Assembly: GCA_963847445.1 (NCBI GenBank)
Contig: CAWJZV010000023.1
Coordinates: 32,001 to 96,000, forward strand
From: an uncultured delta proteobacterium
Lineage (GTDB): Bacteria > Desulfobacterota > Binatia > UBA9968
Direction of reading: 5' to 3'
DNA length: 64,000 nt
Below are positions 11,483 through 25,363 of this stretch, in pieces. Every line of letters starts with the position of its first letter. Within the stretch, counting starts at the first letter, position 1. The translations under genes were made by a program, and so were the position numbers. The notes beneath the pieces were generated by a model that was not told the DNA's origin, searched no databases, and was given only the letters and a program-made list of their open reading frames with translations.

Positions 11483-12359
11483 CTACTCGAAGCGAAACGA
11501 TGCATCCGTGCCGCTCACCGCGCCCTTGAGCGATGGATTATTCAATGTCCCTTTGAACTTAAGATCTTTGATGTCGTAGATGCCGTCGAAGCGCAGATGT
11601 CTCGGCGTAGCCCTGCGCAACTGTGGCAGGGCGCGGTTCACTTTGCCTAAATCGAGCTGTTGGGCGTCGAGAGCGCCATCGATCGGATAGTCTCGGTAAT
11701 CACGAATTCCCGCGATCGGGCCGATGCGGCTGGTAAACTTCAGATTAGGTTTGGCGGTCATGACCGCGGCGGCAAGGTCGATTTCGATGGCTTCGTCCGT
11801 GCGTCGAGGTCGCTCACTGTCAATTGGATCTGGGCGACGATGAGATCACCGCCGTTCTTCAGATCGCGGTAACGCAGCGTGCCATTGGTAACTTGCAGGG
11901 CTGTGATGGCAAATAACGGGAGCACGTTGGCTACTTTTTCGCTTCGGTTGGTACCGTCCCGGGCGCGCTGCCGCTTTCCTGCCTTGAGGCTCATAGTTGT
12001 AGCGCCCGTCAGCGTCGCGAACAATCGTGACGACCGGCGAGTCGAGGGTGATTTTACCGGGCTGGAACTGGCCCAGGAGCAGGGGCAGAACGCGCAGATT
12101 TATTTGGCTCTCTTTAGCCAGCACAAGCGGGTTGGCGGCATCGGCGGGATCGCCGGCGATGGCGAGATTCGCCAGACGAACGGCGAATGGTTGGTAACCG
12201 ATCTCGATTTTGTCGGCGGTAATAGCGTGGCCGAGAGTCCGGGCCAGCCGGCCGAGCAAATAATCTTTGTTGCGCTCGACGATAAAGTTGACATTGAAGG
12301 CTGCGACAAGGAGCAGGCCGGTTAAGACTAGAGTAGGCGGCGATTATTCGTTTACGCAT
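11483..12359 (-). CDS. AsmA family protein, N-terminal domain only (several frameshifts)
   Basis: N-terminal TM anchor, then LRVLPLLLGQ..ITLDSPVVTIVRDADGRYNY and VTNGTLRYRD; pieces in ORFs 11846, 11758 and 11483. Confidence 0.7.
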
Positions 12360-12555
12360 GGGTATCGATGGGATTCTCTTCACAGTTGTGCCGGCGGCAT
12401 TGGCCGCAATAGACAGCTGCGCCAGTCTTCGCCTACTCGACAGTATTCCTTGCCGTAATAATCTGACTTATACAAACGGCGCCGAGAAATTTCGTTTTGG
12501 CGGAATGGCCTAGACCGCAACCGTGCATTCAATTATGTTAAAGTTTCCTTGATTT

Positions 12556-15109
12556 ATGCGACCCGTGGATTTACCGATCTTCGAGATCGAACAACGGCTG
12601 CGCGATACTTTGGCGACGCAGAAACGGCTGGTGCTGACCGCGCCCACCGGCTCGGGCAAGTCGACGCAGGTGCCGCAGATGCTGCTCGACGGCGGTTTGC
12701 TCGGCGCCGGCCAAGTGACGGTGTTGCAGCCGCGCCGCCTGGCGACCCGCATGTTGGCCTCCTGGGTGGCGCAGGCGCGCGGCGTCAAGCTCGGCGGCGA
12801 GGTCGGCTATCGGATGCGCCTGGACAATGTCGCTTCGGCGGCCACGCGGATCTGCTACGTCACCGAGGGCATTCTGTTGCGCCAGATGTTGGCCGATCCC
12901 CAAGCTGAAAGGCGTCAGCGCGCTCATCTTCGACGAATTCCACGAGCGCCATCTCTACGGCGACATCACCCTGGCGCGCGCGCTGCAAATCCAGGAAACC
13001 GCGCGTCCCGATCTGATCGTCATCGTCATGTCGGCGACCTTGGATGTCGGCGCGGTGGAGAAGTATCATGCAGCCCTGCGCGGTGCTGACCTCCGAGGGC
13101 CGGACCTTTCCGGTGGATGTCGAATATCTGACAACAGCCCGCTGGCGACTGCGCCGGTGTGGGATCTCGCGGTTCGCGAGAGACGCAACGGCTGGTGCGC
13201 GAGCATGCCGAAGGCGACATGCTGATCTTCATGCCGGGAGCCTACGAGATCGCCCGCACGGTACAAGCGGCGCGCGACAAGCTCGGCCAGCAGTTTGTCG
13301 TCTTTCCCGCTGCATGGCGAGCTGGCGCCCAGCGATCAGGATGCGGCGGTGGCGCGCTATGAGCGGCGCAAGATCGTCGTCGCCACCAACGTCGCCGAAA
13401 CTTCGCTCACCATCGACGGTGTGCGCTTGGTGGTCGACAGCGGCTTGGCGCGGATTCCGCGCTTCGATCCCTATCGCGGCATCAATACCTTGCTCATCGA
13501 TAAAATCAGCCGTGCCGCGGCGGATCAACGAACCGGCCGCGCCGGCCGTACCGCGCCCGGCCATTGCTTGCGCTTGTGGACGGCCCACGAACAAGAGGCG
13601 CGTCCGTTCCAGGAACTCGCCGAGGTGAAGCGTTTGGATCTTGCCGAGGTCGTGCTCACGCTCAAGGCGAGCGGTGTCGTCGATGTGAAAGACTTTCGCT
13701 GGTTGGAAGCGCCCGAAGCGCGCGCGTTGGACCGGGCCGAGACTCTGTTGGCGGATCTGGGAGCGATCGATAACACCACCGGCGCGATCACCGAGCTCGG
13801 CCGGCGCATGCTGGCATTCCCGGTCCATCCGCGCTACGCGCGCATGCTCTTGGCGGCACAGCAATATGGCTGCGTGCGGCCGGTGGCGGCGATCGCGGCG
13901 CTGACCCAGGGACGTGACTTGCTGTTACGGCAGCCGGGCAAGCCAGCCGACGACGGGCGCGGCGAGCTATTCGACGGTGATAGCGAGTCGGATTTTTTCC
14001 TTCTTATGCGCGCCTGGCGCTACGCCGAACGCAACGGCTTTGACCCCGAGCGCTGCCGGCGCATGGGCATTCATGCTCAGGCCGCGCGCCAGGTCGGGCC
14101 GTTGTTCGAACAGTTCCTGCGCATCGCCGGCGATGAGGGGTTGGACATCAGCGAAAAAGCCGTCGACAACGCGGCGGTGCAGCGCTGCATTCTCTCGGGT
14201 TTTTCCGATCAGCTGGCGCGACGCTTGGATGACAAATCGCTGCGCTGCGATTTGGTCCATGGCCGGCGCGGCGTGTTGGCGCGCGAAAGCGTGGTGCGCG
14301 ATGCGAAGTTGTTTGTCGTGTCCGAAGTGCGCGAGGTGGAGAGCAGCGGCGGCCGCGATCGTAATTTAAACGTCATGCTCAATCTCGCCACGGCGGTGAA
14401 AGAGGAGTGGTTGCGCGAGCTTGTTTCCGCGGGACTTCCAGGAAGCACGAGCCGTTGACCTACGATCCGGCATTGCGCCGGGTGGTGGCTCGGGTCGAGC
14501 GGCGCTTTCGCGATCTGACTGCTAGAGGAGAGTCTCACCGACCATCCGCCGTTGGATGAAGCGGCGGCGATCTTGGCACGCGAGGTCAGCGCCGGGCGCT
14601 GCGTGCTGGAGAACTGGAACGATGCGGTCGAGCAATGGATCTTGCGCGTAAATCGTCTGCGTGAATGGATGGCGGAATTGGAATTGCCGGCAATCGAGCC
14701 GAGGATCGCGCGCGCGATCGTCGAGCATATTTGCCATGGCGCGTTCAGCTATGCGCAGATCAAGGATCGCGCCGTGTTGCCGGTGGTAAAATCCTGGCTG
14801 TCGCAGCAGCAACAAAGATGGATCGACGAATACGCGCCGGAGCGCATCCCGTTGCCGCGCGGCCGCCATGCTAAGGTGGTTTATTCAGCCGACGGTCCGC
14901 CGACGATCTCGGCGCGCATTCAGGATCTGTACGATATCAAAGATGGCATTTGGATCGCCAACCGGCGCGTCCCGGTGCGCATCCAAGTGCTGGCGCCGAG
15001 TAACCGGCCGGTGCAGGTGACTGAAAATCTCACGGTCTTTTGGCGCGAGACGTATCCGAAACTCAAACAGCAATTGCAGCGCAGGTATCCAAAGCATGAA
15101 TGGCGCTGA
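12556..15109 (+). CDS. hrpB: ATP-dependent helicase HrpB (multiple frameshifts)
   Basis: APTGSGKST, QPRRLA, DEFHER, MSAT, ATNVAETSLTIDG, QRTGRAGR, C-terminal RRYPKHEW. Confidence 0.93.
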
Positions 15110-15276
15110 GCTGAAATTGAGTCGCCTTAGGAAAATTAGGATTCGGAGAGTTTGAACCGCAAAGGGCGCAAAAAACGCAAAAAGGAATCGTACTGGCAGT
15201 GAAGCAACTCTCGGTGGTTAACTCCCTTGCGATGCCGACAGAGAAATTGCCAACGGTCGGGCGAGGAGAATGAGTA

Positions 15277-16118
15277 ATGACGATGACAACTTACAATCAG
15301 GTTTCGGTGCCGTCGTTCATGTATGGCACGGCTTGGAAGAAAGAGGCGACGGCGCGACTGGTTCAACTGGCGGTGGAGTCAGGCTTCACGGCGATCGATA
15401 CGGCCAATCAATTGATTCATTACCAGGAAGCACTGGTGGGGGAGGCGTTGCAGTCGTTGGCGGCAAAGGGCGTGAAGCGGGAAACGTCTATTTCTGCAAA
15501 CCAAGTTTACCTCAGCCGACGGCCAAGACCATCGAACTCCTTACGATGCCTCGCGCCGATCTCACCACTCAGGTGCAGCAGTCTTTCGCTAGCTCGCTGC
15601 AACATTTGCACACTGACTACCTGGATTCTTACGTGCTCCACGCGCCGTTTTCGCGCCGTGGGTTGGGCGCGGCGGATTGGCAAGTGTGGGCGGCGATGGA
15701 AACGTTTTATGCAGCTGGCAAAACCAAAACCATCGGTGTCAGCAACATCACCGCGGCGCAATTGACATTGCTCTGCGAGCAAGCTCAGGTGAAACCGATG
15801 ATGGTGCAGAATCGCTGCTTCGCGGTGACGGCCTGGGACGAAGAAGTTCGCCACATCTGTCGGCAGCATGGAATAATTTACCAAGGATTTTCGTTGCTCA
15901 CGGCCAACCGCGACGTGCTTGCTGAACCGGAAGTACGCGCCATTGCCGCGCGCGAGGGCGTTGGACCGGCGCAGGTGATCTTTCGCTTTGCGCTGCAGGT
16001 CGGCATGTTGCCGCTGACCGGCACGACCAACCCGCAACATATGGCAGAGGATCTCGCCGCGGCACGGATCACGCTTTCCGCCGACGAAGTTCAACGCATC
16101 GAAACGATCGCGCTGTGA
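15277..16118 (+). CDS. Aldo/keto reductase (frameshifts near 15490-15550)
   Basis: YGTAWKK, AIDTANQ, DYLDSYVLH, IGVSN, PLTGTT. Confidence 0.88.
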
Positions 16119-16167
16119 GGGTTCTGGAGTTATTTGTGAATTGCCAGCTTGAGAGGAAATTTCGCTC

Positions 16168-16246
16168 TCACCACGAAGGACACGAACACGAAGTTTTCGG
16201 AAAACCAGATTCCGAACTTCGTGCTCTTCGTGTCCTTCGTGGTGAA
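16168..16246. repeat. CACGAAG-family inverted repeat between convergent genes
   Basis: tcaccacgaaggacacgaacacgaag...cttcgtgctcttcgtgtccttcgtggtga. Confidence 0.85.
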
Positions 16247-16297
16247 AACATCTCGGTCTTTGCTCGCGGCAATGCCATTCTAGGCTGTCTGCGCTGT

Positions 16298-17627
16298 TCA
16301 TCGCTTCTGCTGCTTTTTTTTCTCTTCCCAGTATTTCAGTCTTTCTTTGATTTGTTTCTCGTAGCCGGATTCGCCAGGAGTGTAGTAGTTCTTGCCGGCG
16401 AGTTCGTCGGGCAGATGCTGCTGGTCGACAATCTGGTCCTGGTAGTTGTGGGCGTATTGATAGTCTTTGCCGTAACCCAAGTTTTTCATCAGAGCCGGTG
16501 GGAGCGTTGCGCAGGTGCAGGGGTACCGCCAACGCGCCATGGGTCTCGACGTCTTTGGCCGCCGCCAGCATCGCTTGGTAGGACGCGTTGGATTTGGGCG
16601 CGCTGGCGAGGTAGGTCACCGCTTGAGCCAAGGGAATCTTGCCTTCCGGCAGACCGACGAAGTGAACGGCGTCCTTGGCGGCGACGGCGACTTGCAGGGC
16701 ATGGGGATCGGCGTTGCCGATGTCTTCGGAGGCGAAGATCACCATGCGCCGGGCGATGAACAGCGGCTCTTCGCCGGCCTCTAACATGCGCATCATCCAA
16801 TAGAGCGCCGCGTCGGGGTCGCTGCCGCGCAGGCTTTTGATAAACGCCGAGATGACGTTGTAGTGCTCGTCGCCGGCTTTGTCGTATTGCAAGGGCTTCT
16901 TTTGAAGCGCTTCTTGCAGATGGATCAGGCTGATTTCATTTTGCCGGTTGGCTTGGGCCAACGACGCGGCGCTTTCCAAGCCATTGAGCGCCACCCGGCA
17001 GTCGCCCTGAGATTGCTGAATGATAAAATCGCGTCCTTCGGCGGAGAGCGTCAGTTTCATTTTGCCGAGACCGCGTTCGGTATCGCTGAGCGCGCGGTCG
17101 ACGATCGTCGCCATGTTTTCCGGCGATAGAGTTTTAAGCACCAGTACCTGACAGCGCGAGAGCAGGGGAGCGATGACTTCGAAGGATGGGTTCTCGGTCG
17201 TCGCGCCGATCAGGATCAGCGTACCCCGTTCGACATGGGGGAGAAAATTATCCTGCTGCGATTTGTTGAAGTGATGGATCTCGTCGACGAACAAGACCGT
17301 CGGTTTGCCCAGGCGCTGGAGCTGTTCGGCATCCTGAATGATTTTTTTTAACTCTTTGACTCCCGAAGTCACGGCGGAGAAATGTACACAGTGGGCGCCG
17401 GCGGAGCTGGCGAGAATTTGCGCCAGGGTGGTTTTGCCGCTGCCCGGCGGACCCCATAGGATCAATGAACGCAATCTGCCGGCGCCGCTCAGGCCTCGCA
17501 GCAATTTGCCGGCACCGAGTAAATGTTCCTGGCCGACAAATTCGTCGAGCGAGGTTGGCCGCATCGCTTCGGCGAGCGGTTGTGAAGCGAGATTTCCTTT
17601 GGCTGGCACCGTGTCAAAAAGGTCCAT
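16298..17627 (-). CDS. rarA: Replication-associated recombination protein A (frameshift near 16500)
   Basis: [53 protein letters not shown]. Confidence 0.95.
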
Positions 17628-17737
17628 GGCCAGTTCATGCTAGCACAATTGCGCGGTTGGATTGTAGTTGCCGAGAATTTACTTTCGCTCGCTGTCAGTC
17701 GGTGCTATGTTGAACGCTACAGCAGGGAAAAACAGCC

Positions 17738-18115
17738 ATGGCAGAAGCTTCGAACAAGGATAATCCATCGTTCATTCAAGGCACGGCGCCGCGCACGGTG
17801 TTGTTCGCCAACTCTTCGATCTCGGGTAAACTGAGTTACAATCTGCCGGTCAAGATCGACGGTCATTTCACCGGCGAAATTAAATCCTCGGAACTTTTGG
17901 TGATCGGCCCCAATGCACAGGTCGAGGCCCATGTGTCGGCGCGCCAGGTGCACCTCGAGGGCAAGCTGATCGGCTCGGTGCAGGCGATGGGTTGTTTCGA
18001 AATTTTAAAAGGCGGTTACTTCAAGGGTGAAGCTCGGGTCGCTGAACTCAAGCTTCACCCCGATGCGGTGTTCGAAGGGACGGGAAACATTCTTGGCAGC
18101 AAGTCGTCGGGCTAG
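17738..18115 (+). CDS. Bactofilin (polymer-forming cytoskeletal protein)
   Basis: IDGHFTGEI..LVIGPNAQVEA..V.LEG.L.G..AVFEG beta-helix repeats. Confidence 0.85.
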   Translation: MAEASNKDNPSFIQGTAPRTVLFANSSISGKLSYNLPVKIDGHFTGEIKSSELLVIGPNAQVEAHVSARQVHLEGKLIGSVQAMGCFEILKGGYFKGEARVAELKLHPDAVFEGTGNILGSKSSG

Positions 18116-18123
18116 CGTCGGTG

Positions 18124-18469
18124 TTAGCGATCTTGCTCGGTGAGGCGAGCGGCCTTGCCGGACAGCTCCCGCAAATAATAAAGTTTGGCGCGGCGGACTT
18201 TGCCGTGGGACATCACTTCGACTTTTTCGATGCGCGGAGAATGGATCGGGAAAATGCGCTCGACGCCGACGCCGTAGGAGATCTTTTCGCACGGTGAAGT
18301 TGGCCCGGCTGCCGGTGCCGGCCATGCCGATGACGACGCCTTCAAATACCTGAGTCCGCTCTTTTTCGCCTTCGACGACTTTGACATGCACACGCACGGT
18401 TTCGCCGGGACGTAAGTCCGGGGCGTCGGCTTTTAGCTGTTGGGCTTCCAATTGCGCAATAATATTCAT
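18124..18469 (-). CDS. rplS: 50S ribosomal protein bL19 (frameshift near 18285)
   Basis: [45 protein letters not shown]. Confidence 0.97.
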
Positions 18470-18487
18470 GACTGCTCCTATCCGAGA

Positions 18488-19768
18488 TTATTCACCTAGC
18501 AGGCGGTCTAAAATGATCGCCGCGGCGGAACGCACCGACAGGTGGTTATAGTCGGTGCCGCCCTCGACCGCCTCTAAAACGTAATCTGCTTGTGCAATGA
18601 TTGTCTCTGTAAGACCCCATCCTGTGCCGAAAATGACCAGAAAGGGCTGAGTCCTAGTGTGTAACATTTCCTGCAGCGCGACGAAAGAGGTCCGCGGCGT
18701 GTTCCGGTGTCGCGAGCGGAAGTAACGACGATCAAAGGCTTTTGACCGGTCTCTTTTTCGATGTCGATAATCGTATCGTCAAGATTGTCGCTAATCCGCG
18801 CCAGCGCAAGGGCATCCTTGCGCGTGACGTTGTACTGGCTGCCATAGCCGACCTCCCAGTGATCGATGATCTTGAGCGCCAGTTTTTGCAGCGGCTTGAC
18901 CGGCGTGACGAGATAAAACCCTTGGACGCCGTAGGTTTTGCCGGCGCGGCAGATATCGTGGATATCCATGTTGGTCACCGCCGTGGTGACCACCTGGCGG
19001 TTCTTATCGTAGACCGGATAGTGCAGCAGGGCGAGATAGAGCGGTGCTTGACGGCGCCCTTTGGCGGTCCTCGCCGGGCGAGCTAGTTTAGCCCCGGCCA
19101 GCATGTCGGGCCGCCGCTGCCGGGTGATCTCAAGGCTTTTTTCCTGGCGCCACTTTTTGACCCGTTGATGGTCTCCCGACAACAGCACGTCAGGGACTTT
19201 CATGCCGCGAAACTCTTCGGGACGGGTGTATTGCGGGTATTCGAGCAGGCCGTCGCTGAAAGATTCATCTGCCGCCGAGTTTTCGTTGCCGAGGACGCCC
19301 GGTATCAGGCGGGCGACGGCGTCGATGACGATGTTGGCCGCCGGTTCGCCGCCGCTGAGCGTGTAGTCGCCGACGGAGATCTCTTCGTCGATAAACGCCT
19401 TGACCCGCTCGTCGACGCCTTCGTAGCGGCCGCACAGCAAGACAATTTCATCTTCACTGGCCATGCGCTGGGCCACGCTCTGTTTAAAGACGCTGTCCCT
19501 GGGGCGCCAGCAGAATGACGCGGGCCTTGGGACTGCGCTTTCGCGCATCCTCAATGGCGGCCACCAGCGGTTCGGGCTTCATCACCATCCCTTGGCCGCC
19601 GCCGTAGGGATAGTCGTCGGTCATTTTGTGCTTGTCGGTGGTGTAATCTCGCAGGTCTATCAGGTTGATCTTGAGCAGGTTTTTTTCCTGGGCTCGCTTC
19701 AAGATGCTATGACCTAGGGTTGAGGCGAACATCTGCGGGAAAATCGTAACGACGGTAAAGGTCAGCAT
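18488..19768 (-). CDS. trmD: tRNA (guanine37-N1)-methyltransferase TrmD fused to a C-terminal SPOUT RNA methyltransferase (frameshifts near 19495 and 18690)
   Basis: [30 protein letters not shown], then [24 protein letters not shown] and [24 protein letters not shown]. Confidence 0.9.
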
Positions 19769-19797
19769 GGGCTAAAACTCAAGCGGCGAGTTCGGCT

Positions 19798-20314
19798 CTA
19801 CAAATCGAGCAGGCCTTCCGGCGGATCGACGATCACTCGTGCGGCTGTCGAAGTCGACCTTGTCGACAATTTCTTTCACCGCTGGAATTAAATATTCTTT
19901 CTCGGCTTCCTTGACGACCAGGATGTCGCCCCCGGCGGTCGACATCAGCGAAGCGATGGTGCCGATGCGCGTGCCGTCTTTGTGCAACACTTCGAAGCCG
20001 ATCACTTGGTAGTGATAGTACTGTCCAGGTTCGAGCGGTTCGAGCGCATTCTCAGCCACCGACAGGGTCGCGCCAACCCAGCGCTGTGCGTCATCGATGC
20101 CATCGACGCCGCGTAACTTGATCAAGAACTGTTTCTTGAACGGCTTGGCATCCGCCGCCAACTCTCAAGTCACTTGGCTATCGCCGAGATCAAGATGGAC
20201 CAAGCGTCCGGCAACCAAGATGGCGGTGTCGACGTTGAATGCGTTCAACTTCAACCAGCCGTCGAGGCCATGGGTGGTGGCGATCTCACCGAGGGGAACT
20301 CGTTGTTCTGCCAT
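19798..20314 (-). CDS. rimM: Ribosome maturation factor RimM (frameshifts)
   Basis: GEIATTHGLDGWLK, YYHYQVIG, EYLIPAVKEIV, ending PPEGLLDL; operon context. Confidence 0.92.
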
Positions 20315-20334
20315 CGGCGCGGCCTGGGAGCGGA

Positions 20335-20572
20335 TTAATTCTCTTCGACGATTTCGAGGATGACTTTGCGGTTGGTTTTGGACGCGGCCGCGTTGAGCAG
20401 GGTGCGGATCGATTTCGCCGTGCGCCCTTGCCGGCCGATCACGCGGCCGAGGTCTTCCTTGGCGACTTTAAGCTCGAAGACGGCGGTGTCCTCGCGCTCG
20501 GCTCTCCTTGACCTCGACGGCGGCGGGATCGTTGACCAACGATTTAGCTAGATATTCAACCAATTCCTTCAT
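20335..20572 (-). CDS. khpA: KH-domain RNA-binding protein KhpA (frameshift)
   Basis: [33 protein letters not shown]; between rpsP and rimM. Confidence 0.92.
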
Positions 20573-20598
20573 GCAGAGCAGGTCTTTCCGCGGCAACG

Positions 20599-20844
20599 CT
20601 AACTCGCTTTGCGCTCCTTCTTGATCAGTTCGGAAACCGTTTGGCTCGGCTTGGCGCCTTTTTTGATCCACGCCGCGATCTTCTCGCGATCCATTTTCAC
20701 GCCGCCGGTCGTGGCGCGGGGATCGTAGGTGCCGACCTGCTCGATGTAGCGGCCGTCGCGGGCGAAGCGCTGGTCGCTGACGACGATGCGGTAAAAAGGC
20801 TTTTTCTTGGCGCCATGGCGGCTCATGCGAATGCTTACACTCAT
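20599..20844 (-). CDS. rpsP: 30S ribosomal protein bS16
   Basis: IRMSRHGAKKKPFYRIVVSD..RDGRYIEQVGTYDP. Confidence 0.98.
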   Translation of the reverse strand: MSVSIRMSRHGAKKKPFYRIVVSDQRFARDGRYIEQVGTYDPRATTGGVKMDREKIAAWIKKGAKPSQTVSELIKKERKAS

Positions 20845-20865
20845 GCTATTTCTTTCCTTCTCCTG

Positions 20866-22208
20866 TTAGTGGAAAGGGTTCGGCATTTGGCTCAGGAGCG
20901 AACGGACGCCCTGCTTGCTAACCCTTTGCATCATTTTTTTCATCTCTAAAAACTGTTTCATCAAACGATTGATATCGGTGACCGTGGTGCCGCTGCCGTT
21001 GGCGATGCGCTTTCTGCGGCTGCCGTTGAGCAACGCCGGGTTACGACGTTCTTGAATGGTCATCGAGTGGATGATCGCCTCGACGCGTTTGAGCTCTTTC
21101 TCGGCCTTCTCGGCGTCTACCTGTGACGCCAGTTTTTTGCCGCCGGGAATCATTTCCAGCAGGCTGTTCATCGAGCCCATTCTTTTTATCTGCTGCAGCT
21201 GCACGAGAAACTCTTCGAGGGTGAACTGTTGTTTCTGAAACGCTTGCTGGAGCTTTTCGGCTTCCTTCTGCTCGACGTTCTGCTGCACCTTGTCGATCAG
21301 CGAGAGCACATCGCCCATGCCCAGAATACGCGAGGCTAAGCGGTCGGGATAGAAGGGCTCAAGGGCATCGAGCTTTTCGCCGACGCCGGAAAACAGGATC
21401 GGTTTGCCGACCATTTGCCGGATCGACAGCGCGGCGCCGCCGCGGGAGTCGCCGTCAAGCTTGGTCAGAATCACGCCGCTGACACCGAGCTTGCCGTCGA
21501 AACCCAGGGCTTGATTGACCGCATCTTGGCCGGTCATGGAGTCGGCGACGAACAGGATCTGATGCGGCTTGACGGCGTCCTTGATGGCGCTGAGTTCCTG
21601 CATCAGCTCTTCGTCGATATGCAAACGGCCGGCGGTGTCGATCAAGCAGCACATCGCAGAATTTTTTCTTGGCCTCATCGAGAGCCTGCCGGCAAATGGC
21701 CACCGGCGAAGTCTCGGGGTTCGAATCATACACCGGCAAATCAAGTTCTTTACCGAGAATCTTTAATTGCTCGATGGCGGCCGGCCGATAGATATCCGCA
21801 GGCACCAGATAGGGGCTGCGTTTCTTTTCGTTCTTAAGATAGCGCGCCAGCTTGGCCACCGTGGTGGTTTTGCCGGAACCTTGCAGACCGACCAACATGA
21901 TGACCACCGGCGGCGCCGCTTTGAGATCAAGTTCGCTGTAGTCGCCGCCTAGAAGTGTAACCAGCTCATCGCGCACCACTCCGATGAACTGTTGCTCCGG
22001 GCGTGAGGCTCTGGAGCACCTCTTGGCCCATCGCCTTGGCTTTGACCGCGTCGAGAAAACTGCGCACCACTTTGAGGTGGACGTCGGCTTCCAAGAGGCC
22101 GAGACGCACTTCGCGCAGCGCGTCGTCGATGTTGCTCTCGGTGATCTTGCCCTGACCGCGCAGCCGCTTAAAGGTCAGTTCAAGCTTATCGGTTAAAGAT
22201 TCAAACAT
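20866..22208 (-). CDS. ffh: Signal recognition particle protein Ffh (frameshifts)
   Basis: MFESLTDKL, GLQGSGKTTT, DTAGR, TKLDGDSRGGAALS, Met-rich M domain. Confidence 0.96.
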
Positions 22209-22290
22209 GTATTGGGACGCTAAGATGCGATATTTTCAAGAGAAATACCAAAGCAAAGTAATAAAAAACTTTTCTGGAGTCAAGTTCGCT

Positions 22291-22341
22291 GAAAAAACAA
22301 AAGCCCGTTACGCGCATCGGAATCGACGCACGTAACGGGCC
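22291..22341 (-). terminator. Rho-independent terminator of groESL
   Basis: gcccgttacg...cgtaacgggc stem followed by a U-tract on the minus strand. Confidence 0.8.
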
Positions 22342-22361
22342 TTGGGCAGTGCAAACCAAAG

Positions 22362-24041
<1,680 letters not shown>

Positions 24042-24053
24042 TTATCTGTTTAA

Positions 24054-24344
24054 TTACTTTTCGATAACGCCGAGGATGTCGTCCTCGCGCATGATCAGAT
24101 GCTCTTCGCCGTCAACGTTGATTTCCGTGCCGGAGTATTTTCCGAACAGGATGCGGTCATTCACTTTGACATCGAGCGGGGTAATCTTGCCGTCGTCGTT
24201 CACTTTGCCTTTGCCGACGGCGACCACTTTCCCTTCCTGCGGCTTTTCTTTAGCGGTGTCGGGGATGATGATTCCACCCTTGCTTTTCTCCTCCTCCTCG
24301 ATGCGTTTGACAATGACCCGGTCCTGTAAAGGCCTAATTTTCAC
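24054..24344 (-). CDS. groS: Co-chaperonin GroES
   Basis: [21 protein letters not shown]. Confidence 0.99.
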   Translation of the reverse strand: MKIRPLQDRVIVKRIEEEEKSKGGIIIPDTAKEKPQEGKVVAVGKGKVNDDGKITPLDVKVNDRILFGKYSGTEINVDGEEHLIMREDDILGVIEK

Positions 24345-24449
24345 TGCGCGCCTCCTTTCAAGCGTTTGAATTTAACTGACTGATTTAATAGTAGTTTGCT
24401 GCTAATTGGAGCCGCCGGCGCGGGGCCGGGGACAAACTAGAGCGGGCTG

Positions 24450-24477
24450 AATCTAAGCATCAATCTTTCGATGTCAA
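24450..24477 (-). promoter_or_regulatory. Putative sigma70-type promoter of groESL
   Basis: TTGACA-16 nt-TAGATT about 105 bp upstream of groES. Confidence 0.5.
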
Positions 24478-24533
24478 GGTTTTTGTTCGAGAAAATTCTT
24501 ATAGATATCAAGCGGATTCGGCCGGTTGGCCCG

Positions 24534-24811
24534 CTACCGGCGATGCTTCCGGGACTCTTCCTCGTGGTACTTGCGGTACAGCACATCCCATTCGCGGCTG
24601 CCCGGTGGCACATGCCGGGATAGGGACGCAATCTTCTGCCGCACCACGTCGTCGAGCTGGTCTTCGAAGTGAAAAAACTCCTGGAGAATTAGCTTGGTCT
24701 CGGTGAGGGCGCGGCCGTCGCTGGGGAATTCGGCCAATTTCGCTTTGCGTCAGGCTCTCGAGCACCAGATGGGCTAGGTGAGAAATGCGGCTCTCCGACA
24801 AGTCGGCTCAT
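24534..24811 (-). CDS. DUF507 family protein (frameshift near 24740)
   Basis: MSRLSESRISHLAH...VRQKIASLSRHVPPGSREWDVLYRKY. Confidence 0.8.
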
Positions 24812-25084
24812 AGGATGAAGCCTTTCTTGGCCGCGAGCTTCTGTTTGGCGAGCAAGAACATCTTGTAAGGGTCCATGTCTTTGCTGGCTTGGGCAAAACT
24901 GGCCAGCATCTTGCGCGCTTCTTCCTCAATCGCTTCCTCTTCGGCGAAGTTGCGGCTGATGGCTTCGACGACTCTGGCCTTGAGCTCGGCGTCGCGTGGC
25001 TTTGCTGACGATCAGTTCTTTTTTTCGATAGCTAGCGACGAGCTGCGTTGCCAATCGATCGAGCTGGTCGGGTTTGATCTTCAT
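24808..25084 (-). CDS. DUF507 family protein (frameshift near 25000; not in ORF track)
   Basis: Manual translation MKIKPDQLDRLA...EEEAIEEEARKML..MDPYKMFLLAKQKLAAKKGFIL; 4-bp overlap with next gene. Confidence 0.75.
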
Positions 25085-25088
25085 GGGC

Positions 25089-25363
25089 TGTGAATAATCT
25101 GTGAGGAACCTGTCGTGGATCGGTGGCTAACCCGGTGTTCGTGCGCGACACCTTGAAAGTTTTACCGAGCTTGCGATTTGATGTCAATTGCCTAGCCGGA
25201 ATTGCCGCTAAGCGCGCGTCGGCGCGGTTAAATTCTTGTATATACGCAGTTTTTTTGCGAAGATGAGCAATCGCAATGGCTACCATCGAGGTTGTCATTC
25301 GGCAGTTATCCACAGGGGGAAGCAGGTTTGTCAGGCGAACGCATCTGTTCAGGTTGTGGAGAA
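25089..25363. promoter_or_regulatory. Cluster of DnaA boxes in a divergent intergenic region
   Basis: TGTGAATAA 25089-25097 (TTATTCACA), TTATCCACA 25306-25314, TGTGGAGAA 25355-25363 (1 mismatch). Confidence 0.55.

Noticed and set aside
15507-16297. C-terminal extension of RarA (706-aa ORF)
   Set aside because: Frameshift read-through into a repeat and the antisense strand of the aldo/keto reductase; the true C-terminus is in ORF 16298..16540
18124-22208. Programmed frameshifting or pseudogenisation of rplS/trmD/rimM/ffh
   Set aside because: Too many unrelated genes are affected, with no shared slippery motif; best explained as sequencing indels
24345-24450. CIRCE/HrcA operator upstream of groES
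   Set aside because: Only a partial TTAGCAGC half-site on the minus strand; no matching GAGTGCTAA arm at 9-bp spacing
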